32,961 nt of DNA from an uncultured Oscillospiraceae bacterium (GTDB lineage Bacteria > Bacillota > Clostridia > Oscillospirales > Acutalibacteraceae): assembly GCA_905200265.1 (NCBI GenBank), contig CAJKJS010000001.1:1-32961 (forward strand). The letters run 5' to 3'. Numbering within the stretch: the stretch's first letter is position 1; each line of letters starts with the position of its first letter. This document shows positions 18,705 through 28,517 of the stretch, in pieces. A program made the translations under genes and the position numbers. The notes under the pieces are model-generated. The model had not been told where the DNA came from and made no database searches. It saw nothing but the letters and a program-made list of their open reading frames with translations.

Positions 18705-19502
18705 ATGCGCCGAAAACCGGTCAAAATCTGGCAGATCATTTTGTGCGCGCTGGCGGTGGTACTGCTCATTGTGTTGTTCCAGGTTTTTCAAAAAAGCGAT
18801 GCCATTTCCTATGACGACGGACTGTTTTCCCAGCAGGCGGCCAACAGTATTCAGAGTAATACCGGTCGCGAGGACGTACGGGTGCTGTCGTTTACCTATA
18901 ACAACAACGAAAAAGAAAATTTTGTATTAAAAATAGCAGCGCAGGCCGAAGGGGAGCGTACGCTGATTTACCAGGTGCAATACTACGAAGGGGATTCGGG
19001 CATGCCATACCGCATGAACCAAACGGATGATACGCTGGATACCTATGCCCAGGCTCCCACGCTTTCTGATTATTTTTCTTTGCTGCGCGTTTTACAGGAT
19101 AACCGGGAAGCCGTTTTTGAGCTGTATAAGGAACAGGCAGAAAAAGGGAAAGACGAAAGTTTTTGCCAGCTGGATTTGCGGGATTGCCTGCACACCGATG
19201 CGGTTTTGCTGCATCGAGTGACAAAAACCGTATCACTGGAAAGCAGCGATAGCGAAGAAAGTAGTCAAACGAGCGAAAAAGAAGAAGAGACGAACAAAGT
19301 AACAGAAAGCCATAGCGTAACCGCAGAGGAACTGGCCGAGGCCGATATTGATTTTTGGCAGATGGATGGAAGCGGTGTGCACAAAGTGGACGGCGATAAA
19401 GTGCAGGTAGGCAATAACAGCATTTTGCTGTACCGAGTTTCGCAACAAGGTGACCAGATGACCGAAGAGCTGTTGGCTGTACTGGTGACAAAGAATCAAT
19501 AA
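18705..19502 (+). CDS. hypothetical membrane-anchored protein
   Basis: 265 aa. SD GAGGGGG. One N-terminal TM helix (IWQIILCALAVVLLIVLFQVF), a Ser/Glu-rich acidic linker (SLESSDSEESSQTSEKEEETNK), and no motif I recognise. Its stop is 10 nt before hflX. Confidence 0.6.
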   Translation: MRRKPVKIWQIILCALAVVLLIVLFQVFQKSDAISYDDGLFSQQAANSIQSNTGREDVRVLSFTYNNNEKENFVLKIAAQAEGERTLIYQVQYYEGDSGMPYRMNQTDDTLDTYAQAPTLSDYFSLLRVLQDNREAVFELYKEQAEKGKDESFCQLDLRDCLHTDAVLLHRVTKTVSLESSDSEESSQTSEKEEETNKVTESHSVTAEELAEADIDFWQMDGSGVHKVDGDKVQVGNNSILLYRVSQQGDQMTEELLAVLVTKNQ

Positions 19503-19512
19503 GGAGCAGAAT

Positions 19513-20754
19513 ATGCAGGAAATTGAAAACAAACCCGAACGGGCCCTGCTGGTGGCGGTGGATACCGGGGAATATGATACCCAGGCGTCTTTGGCGGAAT
19601 TGTACGAGCTGACCCGTAGCGCTGGCGCGGAACCGGCTGGTTCAGTGGTGCAAAAACGCCCCCGGGTAGAAGCAGGAACTTGCGTAGGGACCGGGATGCT
19701 GCAGGAGATCGGCGATTTTTGTCAAAAAGAGGAAATTGATCTGTTGATTTTTGACCGGGAGCTTTCTCCTACGCAGATTCGTAATATTGAAGAGGCCACC
19801 GACGTGCGGGTGATTGACCGCACCCAGCTGATTTTAGATATTTTCGCCCAGCGAGCCCGCAGCCGGGAAGGACGGCTGCAAGTGGAACTGGCCCAATTAC
19901 GGTATCTATTGCCCAGATTGACCGGGCGAGGGGCTGCCATGTCCCGACTCGGGGGCGGCATTGGCACTCGGGGGCCGGGCGAAAGCAAATTGGAAACCGA
20001 CCGCCGTCATATTCGCCGCCGAATTGAAGGACTACGGGAACAGCTGGAAGAAGTGGAAAAGCACCGCAATTTGCTGCAAAACCGCCGCCGCAAAAACGGT
20101 ACGATTACCGTGGCGCTGGTGGGGTACACCAACGCAGGTAAAAGCACGCTGATGAACCGGCTGACCCAGGCCGGTGTACTAGCCGAGAATAAACTGTTTG
20201 CCACCCTAGACCCCACAGCCCGGGCGCTAACCCTGCCGGGGGGCGGTGTGGTGATGTTGATTGACACCGTAGGATTGGTGCGGCGGTTGCCCCACCAGCT
20301 GGTGGATGCATTCCGCTCGACCTTGGAAGAAGCAGCCGGAGCCGATATTATTCTCAATGTGTGCGATGCTTCCAGTCCGGAAGCTCAGGTACACCTGGAC
20401 GTAACGCGACAGCTGCTAGCAGAACTGGGATGCAATGAAGAAAAGGTCATTCCCGTGATGAACCAGTGTGATAAGGTGCCCCAGATCCATGCATTGCCCA
20501 TGATTGGGAAAGGCGTACGCATTAGCGCTCTGACCGGGGAAGGCATCGACGAACTGCTCAATGCCATCGAAGCGGCGCTGCCTGCCGGACCCAAGCGTAT
20601 GGAATTATTCTTGCCCTACCAGGCGGGGGATCTTTTATCCCGGCTGCACGAAGAAGGGCAGATTGAAAAGCAGGAATATGAAGGGAATGGCATTCGGGTC
20701 ACGGCGGTGGTACCCGCCGCGCTACAGGAAAGTTGCCGCCCGTATGAAGCATAA
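19513..20754 (+). CDS. hflX: GTPase HflX
   Basis: 413 aa. HflX-type N-terminal domain, then G1 GYTNAGKST, G3 DTVG and G4 NQCD. Confidence 0.92.
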   Translation: MQEIENKPERALLVAVDTGEYDTQASLAELYELTRSAGAEPAGSVVQKRPRVEAGTCVGTGMLQEIGDFCQKEEIDLLIFDRELSPTQIRNIEEATDVRVIDRTQLILDIFAQRARSREGRLQVELAQLRYLLPRLTGRGAAMSRLGGGIGTRGPGESKLETDRRHIRRRIEGLREQLEEVEKHRNLLQNRRRKNGTITVALVGYTNAGKSTLMNRLTQAGVLAENKLFATLDPTARALTLPGGGVVMLIDTVGLVRRLPHQLVDAFRSTLEEAAGADIILNVCDASSPEAQVHLDVTRQLLAELGCNEEKVIPVMNQCDKVPQIHALPMIGKGVRISALTGEGIDELLNAIEAALPAGPKRMELFLPYQAGDLLSRLHEEGQIEKQEYEGNGIRVTAVVPAALQESCRPYEA

Positions 20755-20822
20755 TTATGCATGCAAAGGCAAAGAAAACCATACAATCCGTTGAGGAAGA
20801 AAACAAAAGGAGGAGTTTCTCT

Positions 20823-21332
20823 ATGGCATTTCGTGAAATTACCCCGGAAGAAATTCGGGACAATATGTTTGTGACGATCAATAAGGAATGGATGCTGCTA
20901 ACGGCTGGGGATGAAAAAGCCCACAATACCATGACGGTCAGCTGGGGCAGCACCGGTGAACTGTGGGGCCATTACACCGCGACGGTGCATGTGCGTCCCC
21001 AGCGGTATACCCTGCCCTTTATTGAAAACAATGACTATTTTAGTCTCTGCGTACTACCTAAGGATAAACACGATGCTATGGTGGTGTGCGGACGTGTTTC
21101 CGGTCGGGATGGTGATAAAGACCAGAAAGCCGGCATTACCCCGGTGTTTGCGGAAAAAGCGCCGTATTATGAGGAAGCCCGGATGGTGCTGATCTGCCGT
21201 AAGCTGTACCGGCAGGAAATGGACCCTTCCTGTTTCCTTGATCCGTCGATTCTCACGAGCAGTTATCCCCAGAAGGATTTTCACGTTACGTTTGTGGGGG
21301 CCATTGAAAAAGTACTGGTCAAAGACGAATAA
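20823..21332 (+). CDS. flavin reductase-like (FMN-binding split-barrel) family protein
   Basis: 169 aa from the ATG at 20823, 8 nt after AAGGAGGAG. The ORF-track start at 20757 adds 22 aa with no SD. NTMTVSWGSTGELWG...VHVRPQRYT resembles the flavin_reduct family pattern. Confidence 0.7.
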   Translation: MAFREITPEEIRDNMFVTINKEWMLLTAGDEKAHNTMTVSWGSTGELWGHYTATVHVRPQRYTLPFIENNDYFSLCVLPKDKHDAMVVCGRVSGRDGDKDQKAGITPVFAEKAPYYEEARMVLICRKLYRQEMDPSCFLDPSILTSSYPQKDFHVTFVGAIEKVLVKDE

Positions 21333-21380
21333 ATCAAAAAACGCGCAGGGGCCATTTATTTTTGTGCAAAAAGGACATTA

Positions 21381-21394
21381 CGCATAAATATGCA
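21381..21394. promoter_or_regulatory. candidate ArgR/AhrC-type operator (ARG-box-like palindrome)
   Basis: CGCATAAATATGCA is palindromic at 12 of 14 positions and AT-rich at the centre. It sits just upstream of the -35 of the argG promoter. Further TGCAWA half-sites occur at 21365-21370 and 21412-21417. Confidence 0.4.
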
Positions 21395-21402
21395 AAAAAC
21401 CC

Positions 21403-21430
21403 TTGAAATTTTGCATAATCAGCGTATAAT
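21403..21430 (+). promoter_or_regulatory. sigma-70-type promoter of the arginine cluster
   Basis: TTGAAA (21403-21408), a 16-nt spacer, then TATAAT (21425-21430), about 75 nt upstream of the argG ATG. Confidence 0.6.
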
Positions 21431-21503
21431 AGACAGTACCGTCAGATAAAAAGCGTATCCTGTTACAGGACACGTGTGAATGATAAACATGGAGGAATCA
21501 ACT

Positions 21504-22733
21504 ATGGAACAGTCCATTAAAAAAGTTGTGCTGGCCTATTCGGGCGGCCTGGATACGTCGATCATCATTCCGTGGCTGAAAGAAAACTACAACAACTGCG
21601 AAGTCATTGCTGTTTCGGCCGATGTGGGCCAGGGCAGTGAACTGACCGGGCTGGAAGAAAAGGCAAAGAAGACCGGTGCTTCCAAACTGTACATTGAAGA
21701 CCTGCGCAAAGAATTCATTGAAGATTACATCTACCCCACCATGCAGGCCGGGGCTGTGTATGAAAATAAATACCTGCTGGGCACTTCGTTTGCCCGTCCC
21801 ATCATTGCCAAGCGCATTGTGGAAATCGCCAAGGCTGAAGGCGCCGACGCCATCTGCCATGGCTGCACCGGTAAGGGGAACGACCAGGTACGTTTTGAAC
21901 TGTCCATTAAGGCGTTTGCTCCCGACATGAAGATTATCGCTCCGTGGCGGATTTGGGATCTGAAATCCCGGGAAGAAGAAATCGAATACGCTGAAGCCCA
22001 TAACATCCCGCTGAAGATCACCCGCGAAACTAACTACTCGAAGGATAAGAACCTGTGGCACCTGTCCCACGAAGGTCTGGATTTGGAAGACCCGGCCAAC
22101 GAACCGAAGTACAATGATCCCAATTTCCTCGAATTGGGCGTGTCGCCGGAACAGGCGCCGGATAAGCCCGAATACATGACCATTCACTTTGAAAAGGGTG
22201 TGCCCACTTCCGTCAATGGGGAAGAACTGGATGCCATTGCCATGATCGAAAAGCTCAACGAACTGGGCGGCCGCAACGGCATTGGTATTGTGGACATGGT
22301 GGAAAACCGGCTGGTAGGCATGAAGAGCCGTGGCGTGTACGAAACCCCCGGCGGTGCCATTCTGTACCACGCCCACAACAAACTGGAAGAAATCTGCCTG
22401 GATCGCGATACCTACCACTACAAACAGCAGATCGGCCTGAAATTTGCCGACCTCGTGTACTTTGGTCAGTGGTTCACCCCTCTGCGGGAAGCACTGTCGG
22501 CGTTTGTCACCAGCACCCAGCAGACCGTGACCGGCGATGTGAAACTGAAGCTCTACAAGGGCAACATCATTGACGCCGGCGTCACCTCGCCGTATTCGCT
22601 GTATGACGAGGAAATCGCCACCTTCGACGAAGACGAAGTGTACGACCAGAAAGATTCCGCTGGCTTTATCAACCTGTTCGGCTTGCCGATCAAGGTACAG
22701 GCCAAAAAGCGCCAGATGATGGAAAATAAATAA
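21504..22733 (+). CDS. argG: argininosuccinate synthase
   Basis: 409 aa from the ATG at 21504, 8 nt after GGAGG (the track start at 21480 has no SD). Contains the PP-loop AYSGGLDTS. Confidence 0.96.
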   Translation: MEQSIKKVVLAYSGGLDTSIIIPWLKENYNNCEVIAVSADVGQGSELTGLEEKAKKTGASKLYIEDLRKEFIEDYIYPTMQAGAVYENKYLLGTSFARPIIAKRIVEIAKAEGADAICHGCTGKGNDQVRFELSIKAFAPDMKIIAPWRIWDLKSREEEIEYAEAHNIPLKITRETNYSKDKNLWHLSHEGLDLEDPANEPKYNDPNFLELGVSPEQAPDKPEYMTIHFEKGVPTSVNGEELDAIAMIEKLNELGGRNGIGIVDMVENRLVGMKSRGVYETPGGAILYHAHNKLEEICLDRDTYHYKQQIGLKFADLVYFGQWFTPLREALSAFVTSTQQTVTGDVKLKLYKGNIIDAGVTSPYSLYDEEIATFDEDEVYDQKDSAGFINLFGLPIKVQAKKRQMMENK

Positions 22734-22763
22734 GTTAGCCTGACGCATCAAGGAAACCGAAGT

Positions 22764-22806
22764 CCCCGCATAGTCGCCCCGGTCCCCGGGAGAGTATGCG
22801 GGGTTT
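22764..22806 (+). other. stem-loop between argG and argH (weak terminator or stabiliser)
   Basis: CCCCGCATA (22764-22772) pairs perfectly with TATGCGGGG (22795-22803) around a 22-nt GC-rich loop, followed by TTTGGTGTT. Confidence 0.45.
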
Positions 22807-22851
22807 GGTGTTCCTGATAGAAAAGTTTTGGACAAGGGGAGGCAAACCATC

Positions 22852-24231
22852 GTGAAATTATGGGCAGGTAGTTTTCATAAAGAACTGGACCCGAAAACCA
22901 ATGATTTTAACTCATCCATTGCCGTAGACAGCCGTATGTTCCGCGAGGATATTGAGGGCAGTATCGCCCACGCCACGATGTTGGGCGAATGCGGCGTCAT
23001 TGACCGTGCGGAATCGGAAAAAATGGTGGAGGAACTGAAAAAGATCCGTGCCGATATTGAAAATGGGGCGATGGTTATCGACCCCAATGCAGAAGATATT
23101 CATACCGTCATCGAAGAAGAGCTCACAGCCCGGCTGGGGGATGCCGGCAAACGGCTTCATACGGCCCGTAGCCGTAACGACCAGGTGGCCGTGGATGTGC
23201 GGCTTTATCTGCGCCATGAATGCGACAACCTGATTGATATGTTGCGGGAACTGATTGGCGTATTGTGCGATAAGGCCGAAGAAGGCAGCAACATGGTTAT
23301 GCCCGGGTACACCCATTTGCAGCGGGCCCAGCCGATTACCTTTGGCCACCACCTGATGGCCTATGCGGAAATGTTCCTGCGGGATATGGGGCGGCTGCAA
23401 GACGCGAAAAAGCGCATGAACATTATGCCCCTGGGCAGTGGGGCGCTGGCCGGTACCACGTACCCCATTGACCGGTTCCGCACAGCGGAACTATTAGGGT
23501 TTGATGCGCCCTGCCGCAATAGTCTGGACGGCGTAGCCGACCGGGATTTCTGTGCCGAAATTGCGTCGGCGGTTTCCCTTGCTATGGTACACCTGTCCCG
23601 TTTTTCCGAAGAACTGGTGCTATGGTGCAGTTGGGAATTCCGGTTTGTCCGGTTAGATGATGCATTTTCCACCGGGTCCAGCATTATGCCCCAAAAGAAA
23701 ACCCCCGATATCGCCGAACTGGTGAGGGGCAAGAGCGGCCGGGTGTTTGGCGATTTGATGGGATTGCTTACCATGATGAAAGGGCTGCCCCTGGCGTATA
23801 ACAAGGACATGCAGGAAGATAAAGAGGCCGTGTTCGATGCGGTGGATACCCTGCGTATGTGCCTGACGGCGTTTACCCCCATGGTGCAGACCATGACCCT
23901 GCTGCCCGACAATATGAAAAAAGCGGCGGCTGGCGGGTTTATCAACGCCACCGATGTGGCCGATTATCTGGTGCACGAAAAAGGGCTGCCGTTCCGCGAT
24001 GCGTATCGCATGACCGGCGATCTGGTGGCCCGGTGTATGGAACTGGGTGAAACGCTGGAAAGCCTGCCTTTAAACGAATATCAGAAGGTGTGCGATCTGT
24101 TTGACGAAAAGGTGTATGAGGCCATCAGCCTGTCGACTTGTGTGAATGGCCGCACGGTGTATGGCGGACCGGCCCCCGACAATGTGCGGGCCATGGTCAA
24201 AGTAGTCCGGGAGGCGATTAAAAATGGCTAA
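22852..24231 (+). CDS. argH: argininosuccinate lyase
   Basis: 459 aa from the GTG at 22852, 9 nt after GGGGAGG, giving MKLWAGSF, a typical ArgH N-terminus. Contains the fumarate-lyase loop GSSIMPQKKTPD. Confidence 0.95.
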   Translation: MKLWAGSFHKELDPKTNDFNSSIAVDSRMFREDIEGSIAHATMLGECGVIDRAESEKMVEELKKIRADIENGAMVIDPNAEDIHTVIEEELTARLGDAGKRLHTARSRNDQVAVDVRLYLRHECDNLIDMLRELIGVLCDKAEEGSNMVMPGYTHLQRAQPITFGHHLMAYAEMFLRDMGRLQDAKKRMNIMPLGSGALAGTTYPIDRFRTAELLGFDAPCRNSLDGVADRDFCAEIASAVSLAMVHLSRFSEELVLWCSWEFRFVRLDDAFSTGSSIMPQKKTPDIAELVRGKSGRVFGDLMGLLTMMKGLPLAYNKDMQEDKEAVFDAVDTLRMCLTAFTPMVQTMTLLPDNMKKAAAGGFINATDVADYLVHEKGLPFRDAYRMTGDLVARCMELGETLESLPLNEYQKVCDLFDEKVYEAISLSTCVNGRTVYGGPAPDNVRAMVKVVREAIKNG

Positions 24232-25165
24232 CTATCGTGTGTTTATTGATGGCAGTGCCGGTACGACGGGGCTGCGTATTCATGAACGGCTGCAAGAACG
24301 GCCGGAAATTGAACTGCTTGCGATTCACGAAGAAGACCGCAAAGATCTGCAAAAGCGGGCTGCGATGATCAACCAGGCGGATTTAGCGTTTTTGTGCCTG
24401 CCTGATGCGGCCGCCAAAGAAATTGTTCCGCTGATTGATCCGGCGGTGCGGGTACTGGATACCAGTACAGCCCATCGGGTAGCCCCTAATTGGGTGTACG
24501 GGTTCCCGGAACTACATGGGCGGCGGGCGCTGATTCGTGAAAGCACCCGAGTCGCGGTGCCCGGCTGCCACGCCAGCGGGTTTATTTCGCTGGTAGCGCC
24601 GTTGGTGGAAATGGGAGTCGTACCCGGTGATTACCCGTTTACCTGCCACAGTTTGACGGGATACAGCGGCGGTGGCAAGAAGATGATTGCCCAGTATGAA
24701 AGCTGCGCCCGCCCGGCGGAATATGACAGCCCTCGGGCGTACGGTCTGAGCCTTCACCACAAGCATCTGCCTGAAATGAAGGCGATCAGCGGCCTTGCGA
24801 CTCCGCCGATTTTCGTACCGATTGTGGCGGATTACTACTGCGGCATGCAGGTAACCGTACCGCTGCGCATGGAGCTGCTGCCGGGGCTCACACCAGAAAA
24901 GGTAGCCGAAACCCTTTATGCGTATTATGAAAAGGAATCCCAAGTGACGGTATATGCCCTGCAAGAAACGGCTCCCGATGGGTTTATGGCAGGCAATGCC
25001 GGGCGCGGGTCGGACCGGATGGACATTTTCCTCACCGCTTCCCCCGACGGAAGCCAAATGCTGCTTATCAGCCAGTTTGATAACCTGGGCAAAGGCAGCA
25101 GCGGGGCGGCGGTGCAGTGTATGAATATCATGCTGGGGCTGCCGGAGACGGCGGGCCTGGAATAA
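24224..25165 (+). CDS. argC: N-acetyl-gamma-glutamyl-phosphate reductase (short form)
   Basis: 313 aa. N-terminal Rossmann segment VFIDGSAGTTGLRI and catalytic Cys context VPGCHASG. 8-nt overlap with argH. Confidence 0.88.
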   Translation: MANYRVFIDGSAGTTGLRIHERLQERPEIELLAIHEEDRKDLQKRAAMINQADLAFLCLPDAAAKEIVPLIDPAVRVLDTSTAHRVAPNWVYGFPELHGRRALIRESTRVAVPGCHASGFISLVAPLVEMGVVPGDYPFTCHSLTGYSGGGKKMIAQYESCARPAEYDSPRAYGLSLHHKHLPEMKAISGLATPPIFVPIVADYYCGMQVTVPLRMELLPGLTPEKVAETLYAYYEKESQVTVYALQETAPDGFMAGNAGRGSDRMDIFLTASPDGSQMLLISQFDNLGKGSSGAAVQCMNIMLGLPETAGLE

Positions 25166-25201
25166 CCGATAGAGGGAAGAAAAAGGAAGGGAGAATCAGC
25201 C

Positions 25202-26425
25202 ATGTATACAGAAGTACCGGGCGGCGTATGTGCAGCCAAAGGCTTTTCGGCCAGCGGGGTGCACTGCGGCATTCGCCCCAACCACCCGAAAGCGGACCTG
25301 GCGCTGATCAGCGCCGATGTACGGTGCGCGGCGGCGGGGGTTTATACCACGAATAAAGTCTGCGGGGCGCCCATTACGGTGGACCGCCTGCATTTGCAGG
25401 ATGGTTATGCCCAGGCCGTGATTGTCAATAGCGGCAACGCCAACACCTGCGCCGCTAACGGCGTGGAACTGGCACTTGCTACCTGCGGTTTAGTAGCAGA
25501 CAAATTGGGGATTCAAAAAGAAGATGTTTTGCCGGCTTCCACTGGTGTCATCGGCCAGCCCATGACCCTCACCCCCTTTGAAAAGGGGGTGCCCCTGGCG
25601 GTACAGGAACTGACTAAAGAGCCGTCCGGCAGTTTGCAGGCGGCCACAGCGATTATGACCACCGATACCTACCCGAAGGAATATGCGTTTTCGTTTACCC
25701 TGCACGGCAAAACCTGCCATCTGGGCGCGATTGGGAAAGGCAGCGGCATGATTGCCCCCAATATGGCCACCATGCTGGAATTCTACACCACCGATGTGGC
25801 GATCAGCCCCGCCATGCTGCAAAAGGCCCTCAAAGACGTGGTGCCGGGCACGTATAACCAGATGAGCGTGGACCGCGACACATCAACGAACGATACCGTA
25901 CTGATTTTGGCCAGCGGTTTGGCGGGCAACGAACCCATCACCGCCCCGGGCGAGGATTACGACGTATTTTATCAGGCACTGACGGCTATTGCGGAACACA
26001 TGTGCCGCGAACACGCTGGGGACGGCGAAGGCGCCAGCAAGCTGCTGGTGTGCGAAGTGTCCGGGGCGCCGGATCTGACAGTAGCCCGGGCCGTGAGCCG
26101 CAGCGTAGTGACCAGCGATTTGCTGAAAGCCGCCATGTTCGGTGAAGACGCCAACTGGGGCCGGATCTTGTGCGCAATCGGCTATACCCCGGGGGATTTT
26201 GACGTCAGCCGGGTCGATGTACGCTTACGTAGCCAGGCTGGTACCGTATGGGTGTGTGAAAACGCCGCCTATCATCCCTTCAGCGAAGAAGAAGCCGCTA
26301 AGGTGCTAAAAGAAAAAGAAATCGATATTTTGGTGGACATGAAGAGTGGGTCGTTCAGCGCCAAAGCCTGGGGCTGTGATTTGACGTACGACTATGTGAA
26401 GATTAACGGCGATTACCGCACCTGA
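25202..26425 (+). CDS. argJ: bifunctional ornithine acetyltransferase / N-acetylglutamate synthase
   Basis: 407 aa. Contains the self-cleavage/active-site motif PNMATML and the C-terminal DLTYDYVKINGDYRT. Confidence 0.95.
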   Translation: MYTEVPGGVCAAKGFSASGVHCGIRPNHPKADLALISADVRCAAAGVYTTNKVCGAPITVDRLHLQDGYAQAVIVNSGNANTCAANGVELALATCGLVADKLGIQKEDVLPASTGVIGQPMTLTPFEKGVPLAVQELTKEPSGSLQAATAIMTTDTYPKEYAFSFTLHGKTCHLGAIGKGSGMIAPNMATMLEFYTTDVAISPAMLQKALKDVVPGTYNQMSVDRDTSTNDTVLILASGLAGNEPITAPGEDYDVFYQALTAIAEHMCREHAGDGEGASKLLVCEVSGAPDLTVARAVSRSVVTSDLLKAAMFGEDANWGRILCAIGYTPGDFDVSRVDVRLRSQAGTVWVCENAAYHPFSEEEAAKVLKEKEIDILVDMKSGSFSAKAWGCDLTYDYVKINGDYRT

Positions 26426-26439
26426 GGGGGAACGTGAGG

Positions 26440-27309
26440 ATGGAAGCGATGAAAATTTCCAATGCCGGCCGGGCCCAAATTCTGGTGCAGGCTTTGCCGT
26501 ATATCCAGCGGTTGGCCGGGAAGACCATTGTGGTCAAATATGGCGGTAACGCCATGATCAACGAAGAACTGAAAAACGCCGTGATGAACGATATCGTCAT
26601 GATGAAGGCCCTGGGGATCAACGTGGTGTTGGTGCACGGCGGCGGACCGGAAATCAACGCCATGCTGAAAAAAGTGGGCAAGGAAAGCCGGTTTGTCAAT
26701 GGTATGCGCTACACCGACGAAGAAACCATGGATATTGTACAGCAGGTGCTGGCCGGAAAAGTGAATAAAGCTCTGGTGCAGCTGCTGGAATCCCACCACG
26801 GTCGGGCCGTGGGGCTATGCGGGCTGGACGGCGGCATGCTCAAAGCCGATCGGCTGGTCGAAGGGGGCGTTGATTACGGTTATGTGGGGGAAATCCGTGA
26901 AGTGAACACCCACGTGATCGAAACCGCTACCCAGAACGGGTATGTGCCGATTATTGCCACAGTGGCCGGTGGGTATCACGGCGAAACGTACAACATCAAC
27001 GCCGACGTGGCAGCGGCCCGCATTGCGGCGTCGCTGGGCGCGTGCAAGTTGCTGCTGATGACCGACGTGTGCGGCCTGTTGCGGGATAAGGATGACGAAA
27101 GCACGATCATTCCCGTGGTGAATGTGAGCGAAGTGCCGAAGCTGAAGCGGGAAAAAATCATCAGCGGCGGCATGATCCCGAAAATTGACTGCTGTGTGGA
27201 AGCGGTGCGCCGCGGCGTACAGCGCGCCCACATTATTGACGGTCGGGTGCCCCATTCGCTGCTCATCGAACTGCTCACCGATGAGGGCATTGGCACCATG
27301 TTTTATTAA
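26440..27309 (+). CDS. argB: acetylglutamate kinase
   Basis: About 289 aa. Contains KYGGNAM and VHGGGPEI. The start is ambiguous (GTG 26434, ATG 26440, ATG 26449). ATG 26440 lies 9 nt after GAGGGGG. Confidence 0.94.
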   Translation: MEAMKISNAGRAQILVQALPYIQRLAGKTIVVKYGGNAMINEELKNAVMNDIVMMKALGINVVLVHGGGPEINAMLKKVGKESRFVNGMRYTDEETMDIVQQVLAGKVNKALVQLLESHHGRAVGLCGLDGGMLKADRLVEGGVDYGYVGEIREVNTHVIETATQNGYVPIIATVAGGYHGETYNINADVAAARIAASLGACKLLLMTDVCGLLRDKDDESTIIPVVNVSEVPKLKREKIISGGMIPKIDCCVEAVRRGVQRAHIIDGRVPHSLLIELLTDEGIGTMFY

Positions 27310-27326
27310 AAAGGGGAGGCATCGCT

Positions 27327-28517
27327 ATGAATTTTGAAGCGGTACGGCAGCAGGAAAAAGAGAACCTGATGCCCACCTACGGCCGGTTCCCGGTAGCCCT
27401 GGTCAAAGGTAAGGGTGTGTACGCGACCGACACGGAAGGAAAACAGTACATTGATTTTGGCAGCGGCATCGGCGTGAATGCCCTTGGCTGGTGCGATGAA
27501 GGCTGGGTGAAAGCCGTGAGCAAACAGGCCGCTACCCTGCAACATATCAGCAACCTGTATTACAGCCCCGTGCAAACGGAATTGGCGGCCGATTTATGCC
27601 GGTTGTCGGGCTTTTCTAAAGTGTTTTTCGGCAACTCCGGCGCCGAAGCCAACGAATGCGCCATTAAACTGGCTCGGAAATACGGCGAGAGCCGCTCGGA
27701 AAGCTGCAAACGCATTTTGACGCTGTGCAATTCGTTCCATGGCCGCACAATCACGACGCTGGCCGCTACGGGACAGGATGAATTCCACCACCATTTTGAC
27801 CCCTTTACCGAAGGGTTCGACTATGCGCCCATTAACGATATTGAAAAAGTGAGAGAAGCTCTCACGCCCGACACCTGTGCCGTGATGATCGAACTGATCC
27901 AGGGCGAAGGCGGCGTGTTTATGTTGGACAAAGACTTTGTCAAGCAGCTGCGGGCTCTGTGCGATGAAACCGGCGCTCTGTTGATGGTGGACGAAGTGCA
28001 GACGGGCATAGGCCGTACCGGTACGCTGTATTGTTTTGAACAGTACGGTATCCGTCCCGATGTGGTGACTTCGGCCAAAGGCCTGGGTGGAGGTATGCCC
28101 ATTGGGGCGTGCCTGTGCAGCCAGGAATTGGGGCAGGTGCTCTCCGGCGGTATGCACGGTTCCACCTTTGGCGGCGGCCCGGTGGTCTGTGCAGCGGCGC
28201 GGTACATGTTGTCCCGTATTGCCCAGCCGGACTTTTTACAGGAAGTAGCCGAAAAGGGCGAATACCTGAAAAAAGCGCTTGCTACGGTACCGCAGCTTTG
28301 CAATGTGCGCGGTATGGGATTGATGGTAGGGGCCGATGTGCGGCCCGAAACGGGGCTGACGTCCGGCGATGTAGCGAACCGCTGCCTGCAAAACGGTATG
28401 CTGGTACTCACGGCCCACAAAGCTGTGCGCTTTTTGCCGCCGCTCACGATCACCAGAGAAGAAATTGACGAAGGCGTAGCCATTTTGAAAAACGCCCTGA
28501 AAGGAGCGGGCGTATGA
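27327..28517 (+). CDS. argD: acetylornithine aminotransferase (class III PLP)
   Basis: 396 aa. Contains DEVQTGIGRTG and the PLP-lysine context TSAKGLGGG. Confidence 0.93.
   Translation: MNFEAVRQQEKENLMPTYGRFPVALVKGKGVYATDTEGKQYIDFGSGIGVNALGWCDEGWVKAVSKQAATLQHISNLYYSPVQTELAADLCRLSGFSKVFFGNSGAEANECAIKLARKYGESRSESCKRILTLCNSFHGRTITTLAATGQDEFHHHFDPFTEGFDYAPINDIEKVREALTPDTCAVMIELIQGEGGVFMLDKDFVKQLRALCDETGALLMVDEVQTGIGRTGTLYCFEQYGIRPDVVTSAKGLGGGMPIGACLCSQELGQVLSGGMHGSTFGGGPVVCAAARYMLSRIAQPDFLQEVAEKGEYLKKALATVPQLCNVRGMGLMVGADVRPETGLTSGDVANRCLQNGMLVLTAHKAVRFLPPLTITREEIDEGVAILKNALKGAGV

Noticed and set aside
21498-22850. 450-aa minus-strand ORF opposite argG
   Set aside because: It is antisense to a strongly supported conserved gene and has no recognisable motifs or RBS. 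Same artefact class.
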